From the NCBI GenBank assembly GCA_965263035.1, contig OZ253580.1, positions 2,624,001-2,688,000 on the forward strand: DNA of 64,000 nucleotides. Reading direction: 5' to 3'. Each line of letters begins with the position of its first letter. The stretch's first letter is position 1. Below the pieces are notes generated by a model, which saw only the letters and a list, made by a program, of their open reading frames with translations, was not told the DNA's origin and made no database searches. Positions 21,692 to 34,507 of this stretch are shown here, in pieces. The position numbers were made by a program, and so were the translations under genes. This DNA comes from Acidobacteriota bacterium (GTDB lineage Bacteria; Acidobacteriota; UBA6911; RPQK01; JAJDTT01).

Positions 21692-22248
21692 AGGAAGTTC
21701 TCCAGGATGGCCTTGCCCGGGTCGGTCAGCACCGATTCGGGATGGAATTGAACGCCGAAGATATCATGGTCCCGATGTCTCAATCCCATGATGAGCCCGT
21801 TGTCGGTCCAGGCGTTCACCACCAGGCATTCGGGAAGGTGGTCTTTGCTGACCACCAGGGAATGATAGCGAGTGGCTTCGAAGGGATTGGGTATCCCCGA
21901 GAGGATGGAGTCCCCCTGATGATGGATTCTGGAGGTCTTCCCATGCCTCAGCTCCGGCGCCCGGATCACCAGGCCTCCATAGGCCGATGCGATGGCCTGA
22001 TGGCCGAGGCAGACTCCCAGAACCGGCACCCGGCCCGCCAGCCGGCGGATCGCCTCGATGGAGATTCCGGCGTCCTCAGGCGTTCCCGGGCCCGGTGAGA
22101 TCACCAGCCTCTGGGGCGCCCGGTCCAGAATCTCGTCCGTCGTAATCCGGTCGTTGCGGTAGACCTCGAGATCGCACCCCAACTCCCCCAGGTACTGGAC
22201 CAGGTTGTAGGTAAAGCTGTCGTAATTGTCGATCATGATGACGTTCAT
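21676..22248 (-). CDS. trpG: Anthranilate synthase component II
   Basis: IDNYDSFTYNL, GVCLGHQ, QFHPES; start ATG 22248 overlaps the trpE stop. Confidence 0.93.
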   Translation of the reverse strand: MNVIMIDNYDSFTYNLVQYLGELGCDLEVYRNDRITTDEILDRAPQRLVISPGPGTPEDAGISIEAIRRLAGRVPVLGVCLGHQAIASAYGGLVIRAPELRHGKTSRIHHQGDSILSGIPNPFEATRYHSLVVSKDHLPECLVVNAWTDNGLIMGLRHRDHDIFGVQFHPESVLTDPGKAILENFLCCRS

Positions 22249-23621
22249 GATTGGACACCTGGAGAGTGGGCGGACTGCCGCGGTTCCAGAGCCGAGGCCA
22301 GTTCCAGGGCCTGAAACAGGGCCCGCGCCTTGTTGCGGCATTCCTTGTGCTCGAGTTCCGGGACCGAATCGGCGACGATGCCCGCGCCCGCCTGAAGATA
22401 TGCCTTTCCGTTCTTGATGGCGATGGTTCTGATGCCGATGCAGGAGTCCAGATTGCCCGAGAAGTCCAGATAGCCGACGGCTCCGGCGTAGACGCCTCGC
22501 CGGCACGGCTCAAGCTCCTCGATGATCTCCATGGCCCTGACTTTGGGCGCTCCGGTCACGGTACCCGCGGGAAAGCAGGCGGCCAGAGCGTCGAAGCGGT
22601 CCAACTCGGGGCGCAGCCGGCCCCGGAGCGAACTGGTGATGTGCATCACGTGCGAATACTTCTCCAGGAACATCAGATCGGAGACGTGGACGGATCCGTA
22701 AGTGCTGACCCGCCCCAGGTCGTTCCGGCCCAGATCCACCAGCATCAGGTGCTCCGCCCGTTCCTTCTCGTCCCCCAGCAACTCGTCTTCGAAGAACTTC
22801 TCCTCCTCGGGATTCCGGCCTCGGCGCCGGGTTCCGGCAATGGGACGGTACTCCAGATCTCTTCCCTGAACCCGGATCAGCATCTCGGGGGAGGACCCGG
22901 CCAGATGCAGGTCTCCCATCCTGAGGTAGAACAGGTAGGGCGACGGGTTGACGTAGCGAAGGGCCCGGTAGACGTTGAAGGGATCCCCCGGATAGTCCGC
23001 CTCGAAGCGCTGCGACAGGACCACCTGGAAGATGTCTCCGGCTCGAATGTATTCCTTGGAGGTCTCCACCGCGGCGCAGAAATCCTTCTTCCGGAAGCTG
23101 GAGCCGACGCAGCTCAGGGCAGGAAGCGCTTGGCCGGGATCGATGAGAGCAGGGGCCTGAGGAGCACTTCGAAGCCGGTGCTCCATCTCCCGGACCCGGT
23201 CCTGGCTCTCGTGGGACATAATGATGATCTGGTGTTTGACGTGGTCGAAAGCCACGACCGTGGCGTAGAAATCCATGAGCACCGTGGTGGCCGGATCGAG
23301 GTGCCCATCCTGCCGGATCAGGTTGGGAAGACGCTCCAGCTCCCGGACCATCTCATAGGCAAAGATCCCGATGGCGCCGCCGGTGAAGGGAGGCAGGTCC
23401 GGGTCGGCCGGCTCCTTCAGCGGAGGAAACTGGCGGCGGAAACCCTCGAACTGTCCTTCGAAGACCTGGTAGGGGTCCACGCCCAGGAAGGAGTACCGCC
23501 CGATGTTTTCCCCTCCCTCGACCGACTCCAGGAGGAAACCTCTCCGGGCAGAGGAACCCAAGCTGAGAAACGCGGTGACCGGGTTCAGCAGGTCGGCCAA
23601 AAAGGCCTTGGTGTGAAGCAT
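22245..23621 (-). CDS. trpE: Anthranilate synthase component I
   Basis: LLES, NPSPY, PIAGT, EHLMLVDLGRND, GAPKVRAM. Confidence 0.94.
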   Translation of the reverse strand: MLHTKAFLADLLNPVTAFLSLGSSARRGFLLESVEGGENIGRYSFLGVDPYQVFEGQFEGFRRQFPPLKEPADPDLPPFTGGAIGIFAYEMVRELERLPNLIRQDGHLDPATTVLMDFYATVVAFDHVKHQIIIMSHESQDRVREMEHRLRSAPQAPALIDPGQALPALSCVGSSFRKKDFCAAVETSKEYIRAGDIFQVVLSQRFEADYPGDPFNVYRALRYVNPSPYLFYLRMGDLHLAGSSPEMLIRVQGRDLEYRPIAGTRRRGRNPEEEKFFEDELLGDEKERAEHLMLVDLGRNDLGRVSTYGSVHVSDLMFLEKYSHVMHITSSLRGRLRPELDRFDALAACFPAGTVTGAPKVRAMEIIEELEPCRRGVYAGAVGYLDFSGNLDSCIGIRTIAIKNGKAYLQAGAGIVADSVPELEHKECRNKARALFQALELASALEPRQSAHSPGVQS

Positions 23622-23638
23622 GGTTCAGAACATTCGTC

Positions 23639-23684
23639 AAAAAAAAGAAAGGCCGTGGAGGAAGTCCCCCACGGCCTTTCTTTT
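23639..23684 (-). terminator. Attenuator terminator before trpE
   Basis: Minus strand AAAAGAAAGGCCGTGG...CCACGGCCTTTC followed by 8 T. Confidence 0.88.
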
Positions 23685-23736
23685 GATCTCTATCTTGGCC
23701 CTTTGACGATGGACAGTCCTCCGATAACGATCTGTG

Positions 23737-23778
23737 CTAGACGCGCCAACCGTATCGGAAGAAACTGAAAACCGCCAT
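23737..23778 (-). CDS. trpL: Aromatic leader peptide [13 protein letters not shown]
   Basis: 13 codons with 3 Phe, 1 Tyr and 1 Trp, lying between promoter and terminator. Confidence 0.8.
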   Translation of the reverse strand: MAVFSFFRYGWRV

Positions 23779-23797
23779 GTCCAAATTGCCTTTTTCG

Positions 23798-23826
23798 AAG
23801 ATACAGAGTCGGTGACTGGGAGTCAA
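23798..23826 (-). promoter_or_regulatory. sigma70-like promoter of the trp operon
   Basis: TTGACT-17 nt-TATCTT, 19 nt upstream of the leader ATG. Confidence 0.65.
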
Positions 23827-23915
23827 CCGGAATTTGGAGACCGCAGATTCCGAGTTGAAGACCGAAGCGTGGCGACGGTCCGGACGATGCTGAGGAAAGA
23901 GCAAAGAGGGCGCCC

Positions 23916-25211
23916 CTATCCCCCCGACATGGAGTGGAGGAAGCTGGCGTTGTCTCGGGCCTTGCTCAGCTTGTCCAGCAGGAGCTCCATGGACTCGGTG
24001 ACGGAGAGGGGATTCAGGACCTTGCGCAAGATCCAGATTCGATTCAGATCGTCCCGCTTGAGCAGGAGCTCTTCCTTGCGGGTGCCGGAACGGTTGATGT
24101 CTATGGACGGGAAGATCCGTTTGTCGACCAGGCGCCGATCCAATCCCAGCTCCATGTTACCGGTTCCCTTGAACTCCTCGAAGATGACATCGTCCATTCG
24201 GCTGCCGGTGTCGATCAAGGCGGTGGCGATGATGGTGAGGCTCCCGCCTTCCTCAATGTTCCTGGCTGCCCCGAAGAAACGCTTGGGCCGCTGCAGGGCG
24301 TTGGAATCCACGCCACCTGACAGGACCTTCCCGGAGGGTGGGACTACGGAATTGTAGGCCCGGGCGAGACGGGTGATGGAATCCAGAAGGATCACCACAT
24401 CCTTGCCATGCTCCACCAGCCGTTTGGCTTTTTCCAGGACCATTTCGGCCACCTGGATGTGACGAGAGGCCGGCTCGTCGAAGGTGGAGCTGATCACCTC
24501 GCCTCGAACCGAGCGCTGCATGTCGGTCACTTCTTCCGGACGCTCGTCGATGAGAAGGACGATCAGAATGATCTCATGGTGGTTCTGGGCAATGGAGTGG
24601 GCGATGCTCTGCAGGATCATGGTCTTTCCCGCCCTGGGCGGAGAAACGATCAGTCCCCGCTGGCCCTTGCCGATGGGCGTGAGCAGGTCCATGACCCGAC
24701 CCGTCAGGTTGTTCTGGGTCGTCTCTTGATTGACGCGCTCGTCAGGATAAATGGGGGTCAGGTTCTCGAAAAAGGTGCGATCGCGAGCTACGTCCGGATG
24801 CTCGAAATTGATGGCTTCCACCTTGATCAGGGCGAAGTAGCGTTCTCCCTCCTTCGGGGGGCGGACCTGCCCGGAAACGGTATCACCGGTGCGAAGATCG
24901 AACCGGCGGATCTGGGAGGGGGAGACGTAGATGTCGTCGGGACCGGGCAGATAGTTGTACTCGGGGGCTCGTAGGAAGCCGAACCCGTCGGGAAGCGTTT
25001 CCAGAACTCCCTCCGAGAATATAAGCCCGCTACGCTCCGTCTGTGCCTTCAGGATCTGGAAGATCAACTCCTGCTTCCGCATTCCCGCGGCTCCGGAAAT
25101 GTCCAGCCGTTTGGCGATCAGATTCAACGCGTTGATGTTCAGCTCCTTCAGTTCCTGAATATTGAGGGGCTTGCCGGTTTCCCTGAAGGTGGACGTGCTT
25201 GCTTCAGACAT
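23916..25211 (-). CDS. rho: Transcription termination factor Rho
   Basis: [33 protein letters not shown]. Confidence 0.98.
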   Translation of the reverse strand: MSEASTSTFRETGKPLNIQELKELNINALNLIAKRLDISGAAGMRKQELIFQILKAQTERSGLIFSEGVLETLPDGFGFLRAPEYNYLPGPDDIYVSPSQIRRFDLRTGDTVSGQVRPPKEGERYFALIKVEAINFEHPDVARDRTFFENLTPIYPDERVNQETTQNNLTGRVMDLLTPIGKGQRGLIVSPPRAGKTMILQSIAHSIAQNHHEIILIVLLIDERPEEVTDMQRSVRGEVISSTFDEPASRHIQVAEMVLEKAKRLVEHGKDVVILLDSITRLARAYNSVVPPSGKVLSGGVDSNALQRPKRFFGAARNIEEGGSLTIIATALIDTGSRMDDVIFEEFKGTGNMELGLDRRLVDKRIFPSIDINRSGTRKEELLLKRDDLNRIWILRKVLNPLSVTESMELLLDKLSKARDNASFLHSMSGG

Positions 25212-25371
25212 TTATCAATGGCCTTTCAAATAGGTCGCCACGGAAACTTTCACACCAGCCGTCTGTGGCGGGATGGCCGGGAGTCTCGGAAGGTGATCAC
25301 ACTCCAGAGACTTGAATCACCAAACCTGATGGTTGTCTTCCGGATGGGTTCGATGGAACAAGAACGGCCAG

Positions 25372-27804
<2,433 letters not shown>

Positions 27805-27850
27805 ACTCGTGTTCTGTCGTAAGCTAAAAGGTACGAGCGCTTCTCACTGT

Positions 27851-27879
27851 AAGATGCAGCACACCAGGATTCGTTTCAA
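27851..27879 (-). promoter_or_regulatory. Possible internal promoter for lon
   Basis: TTGAAA-17 nt-CATCTT. Confidence 0.3.
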
Positions 27880-27939
27880 CGACCATTCCGACGCCGGCCG
27901 GTCCGGCAGGGACGGCGGAAGGAATCCCCTTCAGAACCA

Positions 27940-29181
27940 TCATCCCGCCTTCTCGAGAACCTGAAACACCATTTCGCCGTTCTCCACCATTTCCTTGGTC
28001 ACCACCAACTCCTCCATCGTCTTGTTGGAGGGGAGTTCGTACATGAGATCCAACATAAGATCCTCTACTACCAACCGCAAGCCGCGCGCTCCGATCTTAC
28101 TCTTCAACGCCAGATCCGCAATTGCCAGCAGGGAGCCCTCGGTGAAGCTCAAAGAGACGCCCTCGAACTCGAACATCCTCTGGTATTGCTTGACCAGGGC
28201 GTTGCTGGGCCGGGTCAGGATCTCGACCAATGCGTCGCGGTCCAGATCGTGCAAGGTGCAGACGATGGGGAGGCGTCCCACGAACTCGGGAATCAGGCCG
28301 AATTTGATCAGGTCCTCAGGCAGAGTCTGGCCCAGGACTTCAGAAGTGCTTTCCTTCTTCCATCGACTGTCGCCGAGCGAGGATCGGAACCCCATGCCAC
28401 TCCGGCCCAGACGGTTTCGAATCAACTTCTCGAGACCGACGAAGGCCCCTCCACACAGGAACAGAATGTTCGTGGTGTCCACCTGAACGAATTCCTGGTG
28501 AGGATGTTTACGGCCTCCCTGAGGGGGGACGTTGGCCACGGTCCCTTCCAATATCTTGAGCAGCGCCTGTTGAACTCCCTCACCCGACACGTCCCGCGTA
28601 ATGGACGGATTTTCATCCTTACGGGAGATCTTGTCGATCTCGTCGATGTAGATGATCCCCTGCATACACCGTTCCCGGTCTCCCCCGGCGGACTGCAGCA
28701 ATCGAAGCAGGATGTTCTCCACGTCCTCCCCCACGTATCCGGCCTCGGTCAGGGTCGTGGCGTCGACGATGGCAAAGGGGACCGAGAGCATGCGGGCGAG
28801 CGTCTGCGCCAGGAGCGTCTTGCCGGTGCCGGTGGGGCCGATGAGCAGAACGTTGCTTTTGGAGAGCTCGACGTTCTGGCGGCGCCGTCTGGCCAACTTG
28901 ATCCTCTTGTAGTGATTGTAGACGGCCACGGCCAACTTCTTCTTGGGGATCTCCTGGCCCACGACATACTGGTCCAGGAACTCCTTGATCTCCACCGGCT
29001 TGGGCAGTGTCTCCTTGATCGATGCCGCCTCTGCCGTCAGTTCATCGGCGATGATTTCGTTGCAGATGTCGACACACTCGTCGCAAATGAAGACTGACGG
29101 ACCTGCGATCAGCTTCTTGACGTGTTTTTGGCTCTTGTTGCAGAAAGAGCACTGGAAAACGTCTTCGGCATTCTTCTTCAC
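27940..29181 (-). CDS. clpX: Clp protease ATP-binding subunit ClpX
   Basis: CSFC/CDEC zinc finger, [14 protein letters not shown]; GTG start after AGGGGAG. Confidence 0.97.
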   Translation of the reverse strand: MKKNAEDVFQCSFCNKSQKHVKKLIAGPSVFICDECVDICNEIIADELTAEAASIKETLPKPVEIKEFLDQYVVGQEIPKKKLAVAVYNHYKRIKLARRRRQNVELSKSNVLLIGPTGTGKTLLAQTLARMLSVPFAIVDATTLTEAGYVGEDVENILLRLLQSAGGDRERCMQGIIYIDEIDKISRKDENPSITRDVSGEGVQQALLKILEGTVANVPPQGGRKHPHQEFVQVDTTNILFLCGGAFVGLEKLIRNRLGRSGMGFRSSLGDSRWKKESTSEVLGQTLPEDLIKFGLIPEFVGRLPIVCTLHDLDRDALVEILTRPSNALVKQYQRMFEFEGVSLSFTEGSLLAIADLALKSKIGARGLRLVVEDLMLDLMYELPSNKTMEELVVTKEMVENGEMVFQVLEKAG

Positions 29182-29278
29182 TTGAACTCCCCTGTTGACC
29201 GCGAGCACCCCGGAGTGTCGACCAGAGGGGTGGGATCCGGCGATCGATTGTCGAGGCTGTCTGGGATGACCGAGTCCG

Positions 29279-29866
29279 TCAAGTGTGCTTCTCGATGGTC
29301 ATGTCGATAATACCATACTCCTTGGCTTCCGGAGTCGCCATGATGAAGTCCCGCTCCACGTCCTTGGCGATCCGCCGCACGGTCTGCTTGGTGTGCTTGG
29401 CCAGGATCCGGTTGGTCGTATCCCGCATTCTCAGGATCTCTCGGGCATGGATATCAATGTCGGTCGCCTGACCCGAGAGTCCCGTCATGGTGGGCTGGTG
29501 GATGAGGATCCGACTGTGGGGCAGAGCGAACCGTTTTCCCGGGGCGCCGGCGGTCAGCAACAACGCCGCCATGGACGCAGCCTGCCCGAGGCAGATGGTG
29601 GTCACATCGTTCTTGACGAACTGCATGGTGTCGTAAATGGCCAGACCTGCGGTAATGGAGCCTCCCGGGGAATTGATGTAAAGGGAAATGTCCTTGTCCG
29701 GTCCCTCGGCTTCCAGGAAGAGTAGTTGGGCGGTGACCAGATTGGCCACATTGTCATCGATGGGCGTACCGACGAAGATGATGTTGTCCTTCAAGAGACG
29801 GGAATAGATGTCGTAGGCGCGCTCGCCACGATTGCTCTGCTCGACCACCATGGGGATCAAAACCAT
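29279..29866 (-). CDS. clpP: Clp protease proteolytic subunit
   Basis: [25 protein letters not shown]. Confidence 0.98.
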   Translation of the reverse strand: MVLIPMVVEQSNRGERAYDIYSRLLKDNIIFVGTPIDDNVANLVTAQLLFLEAEGPDKDISLYINSPGGSITAGLAIYDTMQFVKNDVTTICLGQAASMAALLLTAGAPGKRFALPHSRILIHQPTMTGLSGQATDIDIHAREILRMRDTTNRILAKHTKQTVRRIAKDVERDFIMATPEAKEYGIIDMTIEKHT

Positions 29867-29989
29867 CCTGGATCTCCTCTTGTCGCTGTCCGTTGTCCGG
29901 GCCAGTCACGTCACCTCGTGAGAAAAGCCGTCAAGACATTCGTCCGAATCCGCCCCGTGGGGAAGCCCCCATTGCTCGCTCTGCACTCC

Positions 29990-31279
29990 TCATTCTTCCG
30001 TGACCACCGAGTGCTCAACCAGCAGTTCCAGTGCCTTACGGCGGAGGATTCGAGTCTCCACACTCGCTCTCGACTCCTGGTCGTGAAATCTCTGCCGAAT
30101 CTTCTCCAGCGGCTGATTCAGAGCATCCGCCGTTTGACGAAGTTCCGCCTCCAGTTCCGCCGGCTTGACCTCCAAATTCTCATTCTCCGCGATCTCTGAA
30201 AGGATCAATGCTGCCCGGGTCTCCTGCTCGGCATCGTGGCGAAGGTCATCCCGGATGCGATTCCAGTCCAGGTTCGCCTTGGTGGGATCCACTCCCTGAC
30301 GAGCCAAATTGTAGGCGACGTCACGGATTTTGTTGTCGATCCGATCTTCCACCAGGATTTCCGGCACCTGAAAGCGGCTGGCCTCGGAAAGCCTCTGAAC
30401 CAGTTGGCGCCTGATGCTGGAATCTCGGGCCTGCTGCCATTGGCTTGAGAGCCCTTGCCGAATCTGCTCCTTGAGTTGATCCAGATCGTCGAAATCTCCC
30501 AGATCCTTGGCAAACTCATCGTTCAGTTCCGGAAGGTCCTTGACCTTGATGTCGTTCAGTTGCAGGTTGAAGCGGACGCGGCGGCCAGCCAGCTTCTCCT
30601 CCGGATAGTCTTGGGGATAGTCCACGACGAAGGTCTTCTCTCCGCCGACTTCCATGCCCAGCAGGGCCTGATTGAAATCTCGCTGGGTGCGCTCGTCTCC
30701 CACGCGGATGGTCGTATTTTCCTGCCGGATCGCCTCGTCTCCGTCGGGAACGTACTTGCCGACCAGGTCCACCACGGCGTAGTCCCCATCGCGGGCTTCT
30801 TCCCGATCCGGAATCGAAATCAGGGGCGCATGGCGACCCCGAAGCCGCTCCAACTCCTGGGTCACCGATTCCTCGTCCGGAGACTTCTTCTCCAAACGGA
30901 CTTCCAGCCCCTTGTATTCCGGAATCTCGAACTCGGGCAGGGTCTCCACCACGGCCTCGTACACCAGAGGCTCCCCTTCATTGAAGGCCACTTGTTCCAG
31001 TTGCAACTGGCCGAGGGGGCGGATTTTCCTTTCGCGGATGGACTGATCGTACGACTCGGGGATCAACTTTTGCATGACCTCCTGGCGGATGTCCTTTCGA
31101 TACCGCCGTTTGACCAGCGCCACCGGGGCCTTACCGGGACGGAACCCGGCAATCCTCGAGTGCCTTCTATAGGTCGCGGCAACCCGGTTGAACTCGGCGA
31201 GCACCGTCTCGACCGGCACTACGACCCGCAACTTCTTCTTAACCGGGCTGATCTCTTCCAGTTCCGTCCGGACGTTCAT
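29990..31279 (-). CDS. tig: Trigger factor
   Basis: GFRPGKAP ribosome-binding motif; tig-clpP-clpX-lon order. Confidence 0.95.
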   Translation of the reverse strand: MNVRTELEEISPVKKKLRVVVPVETVLAEFNRVAATYRRHSRIAGFRPGKAPVALVKRRYRKDIRQEVMQKLIPESYDQSIRERKIRPLGQLQLEQVAFNEGEPLVYEAVVETLPEFEIPEYKGLEVRLEKKSPDEESVTQELERLRGRHAPLISIPDREEARDGDYAVVDLVGKYVPDGDEAIRQENTTIRVGDERTQRDFNQALLGMEVGGEKTFVVDYPQDYPEEKLAGRRVRFNLQLNDIKVKDLPELNDEFAKDLGDFDDLDQLKEQIRQGLSSQWQQARDSSIRRQLVQRLSEASRFQVPEILVEDRIDNKIRDVAYNLARQGVDPTKANLDWNRIRDDLRHDAEQETRAALILSEIAENENLEVKPAELEAELRQTADALNQPLEKIRQRFHDQESRASVETRILRRKALELLVEHSVVTEE

Positions 31280-31362
31280 GGTCCCGATCCGATACCCCTT
31301 TCAAAGCGGCACACATTCTAACAGCCCTCGGCAATCGCCGCGCCGATGGCGGTATAAGGAGA

Positions 31363-31387
31363 GGTTGCCCACAAGGGGAGCCCCTAC
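31363..31387 (-). repeat. GTAG-type REP-like palindrome (single copy)
   Basis: Minus strand GTAGGGGCTCCCCTTGTGGGCAACC. Confidence 0.45.
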
Positions 31388-31401
31388 GCTATAGTCTCTC
31401 C

Positions 31402-31581
31402 GTGACCGCCGATCATGAGAAAGAGGTCCTGGAACGGAAGGCCCAGGCGCTGGATCGAATCCTGAAACTGTACCTGGAACTGCAGCACTCGGCCTTCTAC
31501 AGCCGCAACTGGGTCGAGCTGGCCGAGTTGCTGGAAGAGGAAGTCGCTCGGCTCCCCCAATCCGTAGAGGACGAAGATTGA
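31402..31581 (+). CDS. Small hypothetical helical protein (59 aa), absent from the ORF track
   Basis: GTG..TGA, (M)TADHEKEVLERKAQALDRILKLYLELQHSAFYSRNWVELAELLEEEVARLPQSVEDED; GC3-biased codons; TATAGT 6 nt upstream. Confidence 0.6.
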   Translation: MTADHEKEVLERKAQALDRILKLYLELQHSAFYSRNWVELAELLEEEVARLPQSVEDED

Positions 31582-31645
31582 TCCGAGGTCCGGGCCGGTT
31601 GCCGGCCAAATGCACACTCGGCCGGATTCTTCTCGAAGACGGGAC

Positions 31646-31707
31646 TGGGTGTGCCGCCCCGGAATCGGACCCGGAACCTACTGCTTGAGAATCAGTTGCC
31701 CTGCCTG
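31646..31707 (-). pseudogene. Degenerate copy of the 3' portion of tRNA-Lys (att-like remnant)
   Basis: Aligns with 33257-33317 with scattered substitutions; 5' acceptor strand absent. Confidence 0.7.
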
Positions 31708-31753
31708 GCGGAAAGAACGTGACAGTTCCCTTCTCCTCTCCGGACCCGGGCCG

Positions 31754-33022
31754 TTAGGCGCCGATGATCTCGCTGATGTCGATCAGATGCAACTGCCGGC
31801 CTTCGCCGGTGTGAGGCGAATCGATGACAACGTTGCGGCCGTCGGGGCTGAAACGTGGATGCGTGTCCACTCGCCCCTCGCCGGTGTACTCCGGCGGCGA
31901 GAAGAACCGTCCCAGCGGGACCCGCCTGCCCGTGGCCACATGGTACAGATACACATGTTGTTTCCTGTGCTCGTCCGGATACGTGTCGTTCAGGATCCAC
32001 TCGCCTCCCGGCAGATAGGTACAGTGCCCGTTTTCGGTCATGACACCGTCTCCGACCAGCTCGACTGCGCCCCCCGCCGCGTCTTCGAAGAGATAGAACG
32101 CCCACGGTCTTGTTTCGGGCCGGGTCCAGGCAAGAATCGATTCCGGGTCCCTCCAGATGAAGTGCGAAGTATAACCTGAGGCATCGACGACACGGAGGTC
32201 CGAGCCGTCGTGGCTGGCGGTAAACATTCGCGTGGCACCGGTGAATTTGGGGAATCCCCAGCGATGAAGGAATATGAAACGGGTGCCGTCGGGACTGATC
32301 AAAAGGTGGTTGAAGTAACTCTTGGCTTTAGCCAATTCCACGCCCGGCATCGGAATGTCGACGACTTGTTCGACCGAGATCAGCAACTCCTGGCGTCCGC
32401 TGTCCAGGTCGACGCGGAAGATACCCGAATCTTCGGGCGCCCGGACGCCGCGGTAGGGGTCGTCCGGTCCTGGATAGCCGTAGGCGGGCCGCATGTCGCT
32501 GACGCGGCGAAAGTCGGGTGCCACCGCCCAGCCTCCGTCAGGGCTGACCGTGTAGACCGGATGTGGGAGGGTTCGCCGTTGGCGGGTCTCGAGGTCCAGG
32601 ATGCGACAGACGAAGCGGTCTTGCTGGCGATCGTTCCAGAGGACTTCGGTTTTCGAGCCGGGCCGCCACTGGAGCATGCAGCCCTGCTGCCAACACCAGG
32701 CGCGACTCTCTCCCAGCTCGATCCACTTGTCGCCATCCTGAAGATCGACCATGCCGATCTTGATCACATCGCCGGGCGTGGGCGAGCGGTGTTCAAAGTC
32801 GACTTCCATCCCCAGCACGAAGCGGCCGGTGGGGTCAAACTCCAGCTTGTCGTAGTACCCGAACCAGTGATGTTTGGGACCGTGCGTGATGGCTCGTACC
32901 GGGGGCAGTTTGCTGCGAGCACCCGCCACGGCGGGTCGAGGCCAAGCGGTGAGCGCCAACAGAACGGGGGCAGCGGTGTTGAGCAGGTCACGCCGGGTCA
33001 GAGATGTGTTCGGCTTAGGCAT
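31754..33022 (-). CDS. Tat-exported beta-propeller protein (oligogalacturonate lyase/TolB-like)
   Basis: TRRDLL signal; HWFGYYD, WQQGCMLQW, DTHPRFSPDG. Confidence 0.7.
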   Translation of the reverse strand: MPKPNTSLTRRDLLNTAAPVLLALTAWPRPAVAGARSKLPPVRAITHGPKHHWFGYYDKLEFDPTGRFVLGMEVDFEHRSPTPGDVIKIGMVDLQDGDKWIELGESRAWCWQQGCMLQWRPGSKTEVLWNDRQQDRFVCRILDLETRQRRTLPHPVYTVSPDGGWAVAPDFRRVSDMRPAYGYPGPDDPYRGVRAPEDSGIFRVDLDSGRQELLISVEQVVDIPMPGVELAKAKSYFNHLLISPDGTRFIFLHRWGFPKFTGATRMFTASHDGSDLRVVDASGYTSHFIWRDPESILAWTRPETRPWAFYLFEDAAGGAVELVGDGVMTENGHCTYLPGGEWILNDTYPDEHRKQHVYLYHVATGRRVPLGRFFSPPEYTGEGRVDTHPRFSPDGRNVVIDSPHTGEGRQLHLIDISEIIGA

Positions 33023-33054
33023 GAGACAACCCTTGAAGCTGCTCCTGAGATTAA

Positions 33055-33215
33055 CAGCCCGTGGCAAAAGTCGTCACGGCATTCGACCGTCCCTGTATCG
33101 TGCGCGGACTGCGTTGCGACTCGGTCACATACTCCCGGTGTCCTCCCTCCGTTGCGCCTTGTCCGGCGGGCACAGGAACGGTCTCGGTGCTCGCGGGACT
33201 TTCACTAACAGACTG
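33055..33215 (+). mobile_element. MITE family A copy 3 (161 bp)
   Basis: TIRs present (right one diverged); flanks TTAA / TTGA. Confidence 0.83.
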
Positions 33216-33256
33216 TTGAGGCGGCGTGCACGGCCGACGGCGTGCACGTGCACAGC

Positions 33257-33333
<77 letters not shown>

Positions 33334-33382
33334 AAGCTTCCCAAGAAAGGCCCTTATTTTAACAGACTGCCGCGCGAATCGC

Positions 33383-34258
33383 CTACGCGGAGTTGGAGCC
33401 GGAGATTGCCTGGGCGACGACATCCAGACACCGGAGCATGGCCGGGACCGGATCTTCCTTGTCCCCTTCGAACTCCAGCGAGACGGGACCTGAAAATCCC
33501 AAACTTTGAAAGGTCTCGAAGGTCTTGACCACATCCAGCTTGCCTTGGCCCAGGATCACGTCATTGCCCTCTGCGTCGAAGTCCTTGAGGTGGACTCCCA
33601 GGACTCGGCTCCCAAGCATCTCCAGAGCCGTCACCGGATCGACTCCGGCGCGAATGTAGTGCCCCAGGTCGGCACAAGCGCCGATACGCGGGTCGAGGCC
33701 GTCCACCGCTTCCATGATCCACTCGGGCCGCCGCCAGCGCTCGTCCTCAGGACCGTGGTTGTGGATGGCGATCCGGATGTCGTATTTGTCCACCAACCTC
33801 TCCAGGCTGGTGAAGGCCCTTTTGGACGGATTCGCGCTGAGGACACGCACCCCAAGATTCCGGGCCAGTTGAAAGATCGCCTCGTTCTTCTCGTGTTCAT
33901 CGGTGAAGCGTTCCACCCCGAGTGCGTTCGCAGTGATTCCCGCTTCCCGCAGTCGATCTCGAAACCGGACGATCCCTTCCTCGCTGCCGTCCTGCGGCAG
34001 GTGGCCTCTCCAGAGCTCCACGAAGGGTAGATTCAACCGTTTTGCCTGCCCGAGAAAGTCCTCGGTGGGCACGAAATGCCTGAGGGAGTAACTCTGGAAT
34101 CCCATCTCGTAGTTCCCGTAGTTGCGATCCGGTTCCTGCTGTTCCAGGGAGTCCACCGGCGGCGAAGAACAGCCGGCAAAGCCGGTGGCCAAACCGGCTC
34201 CGGCAATGCCCAGCGACAAATGCATCCAATCTCTTCGGGTCAAGTGTGCCATTAGCAT
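33383..34258 (-). CDS. Tat lipoprotein, sugar phosphate isomerase/epimerase (xylose isomerase-like TIM barrel)
   Basis: TRRDW signal with FAGC lipobox; IHNHGP, DLGH, HLKD, LEFE. Confidence 0.85.
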   Translation of the reverse strand: MLMAHLTRRDWMHLSLGIAGAGLATGFAGCSSPPVDSLEQQEPDRNYGNYEMGFQSYSLRHFVPTEDFLGQAKRLNLPFVELWRGHLPQDGSEEGIVRFRDRLREAGITANALGVERFTDEHEKNEAIFQLARNLGVRVLSANPSKRAFTSLERLVDKYDIRIAIHNHGPEDERWRRPEWIMEAVDGLDPRIGACADLGHYIRAGVDPVTALEMLGSRVLGVHLKDFDAEGNDVILGQGKLDVVKTFETFQSLGFSGPVSLEFEGDKEDPVPAMLRCLDVVAQAISGSNSA

Positions 34259-34507
34259 GAACGATCTCTCCTCCTGCCGGGCGATGGGCTGTTTCCGAGG
34301 TCCGACGGTCCCAGTCTACTACGACATGAGGGGAGTATTGCAGCCCTTCAGCCCAGCCGAATCGGCCTGACGGAGAATCTTGGTTCTCCCGGAGCCACCT
34401 GCTTTTGGACCGGAAACGCCGCTCCTTGATCTCGTCCTGAATTTCCGGTTACCTTGCCAGGGACCCCAGCGGGAAAACCATCCCCCTGAGTTCGAGGAAT
34501 CCGGAAT

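Noticed and set aside
31315-31333. CTAA-CAGCCCTCGGCAA resembling a MITE A end (also TTAACAGACTG near 33359)
   Set aside because: No partner TIR or interior; better explained as extended -10 boxes TGTTAGAAT (tig) and TGTTAAAAT (tRNA-Lys) on the minus strand
33225-33253. Three CGTGCAC units just 3' of tRNA-Lys
   Set aside because: Short GC-rich palindrome without a U-tract or other copies; function cannot be supported
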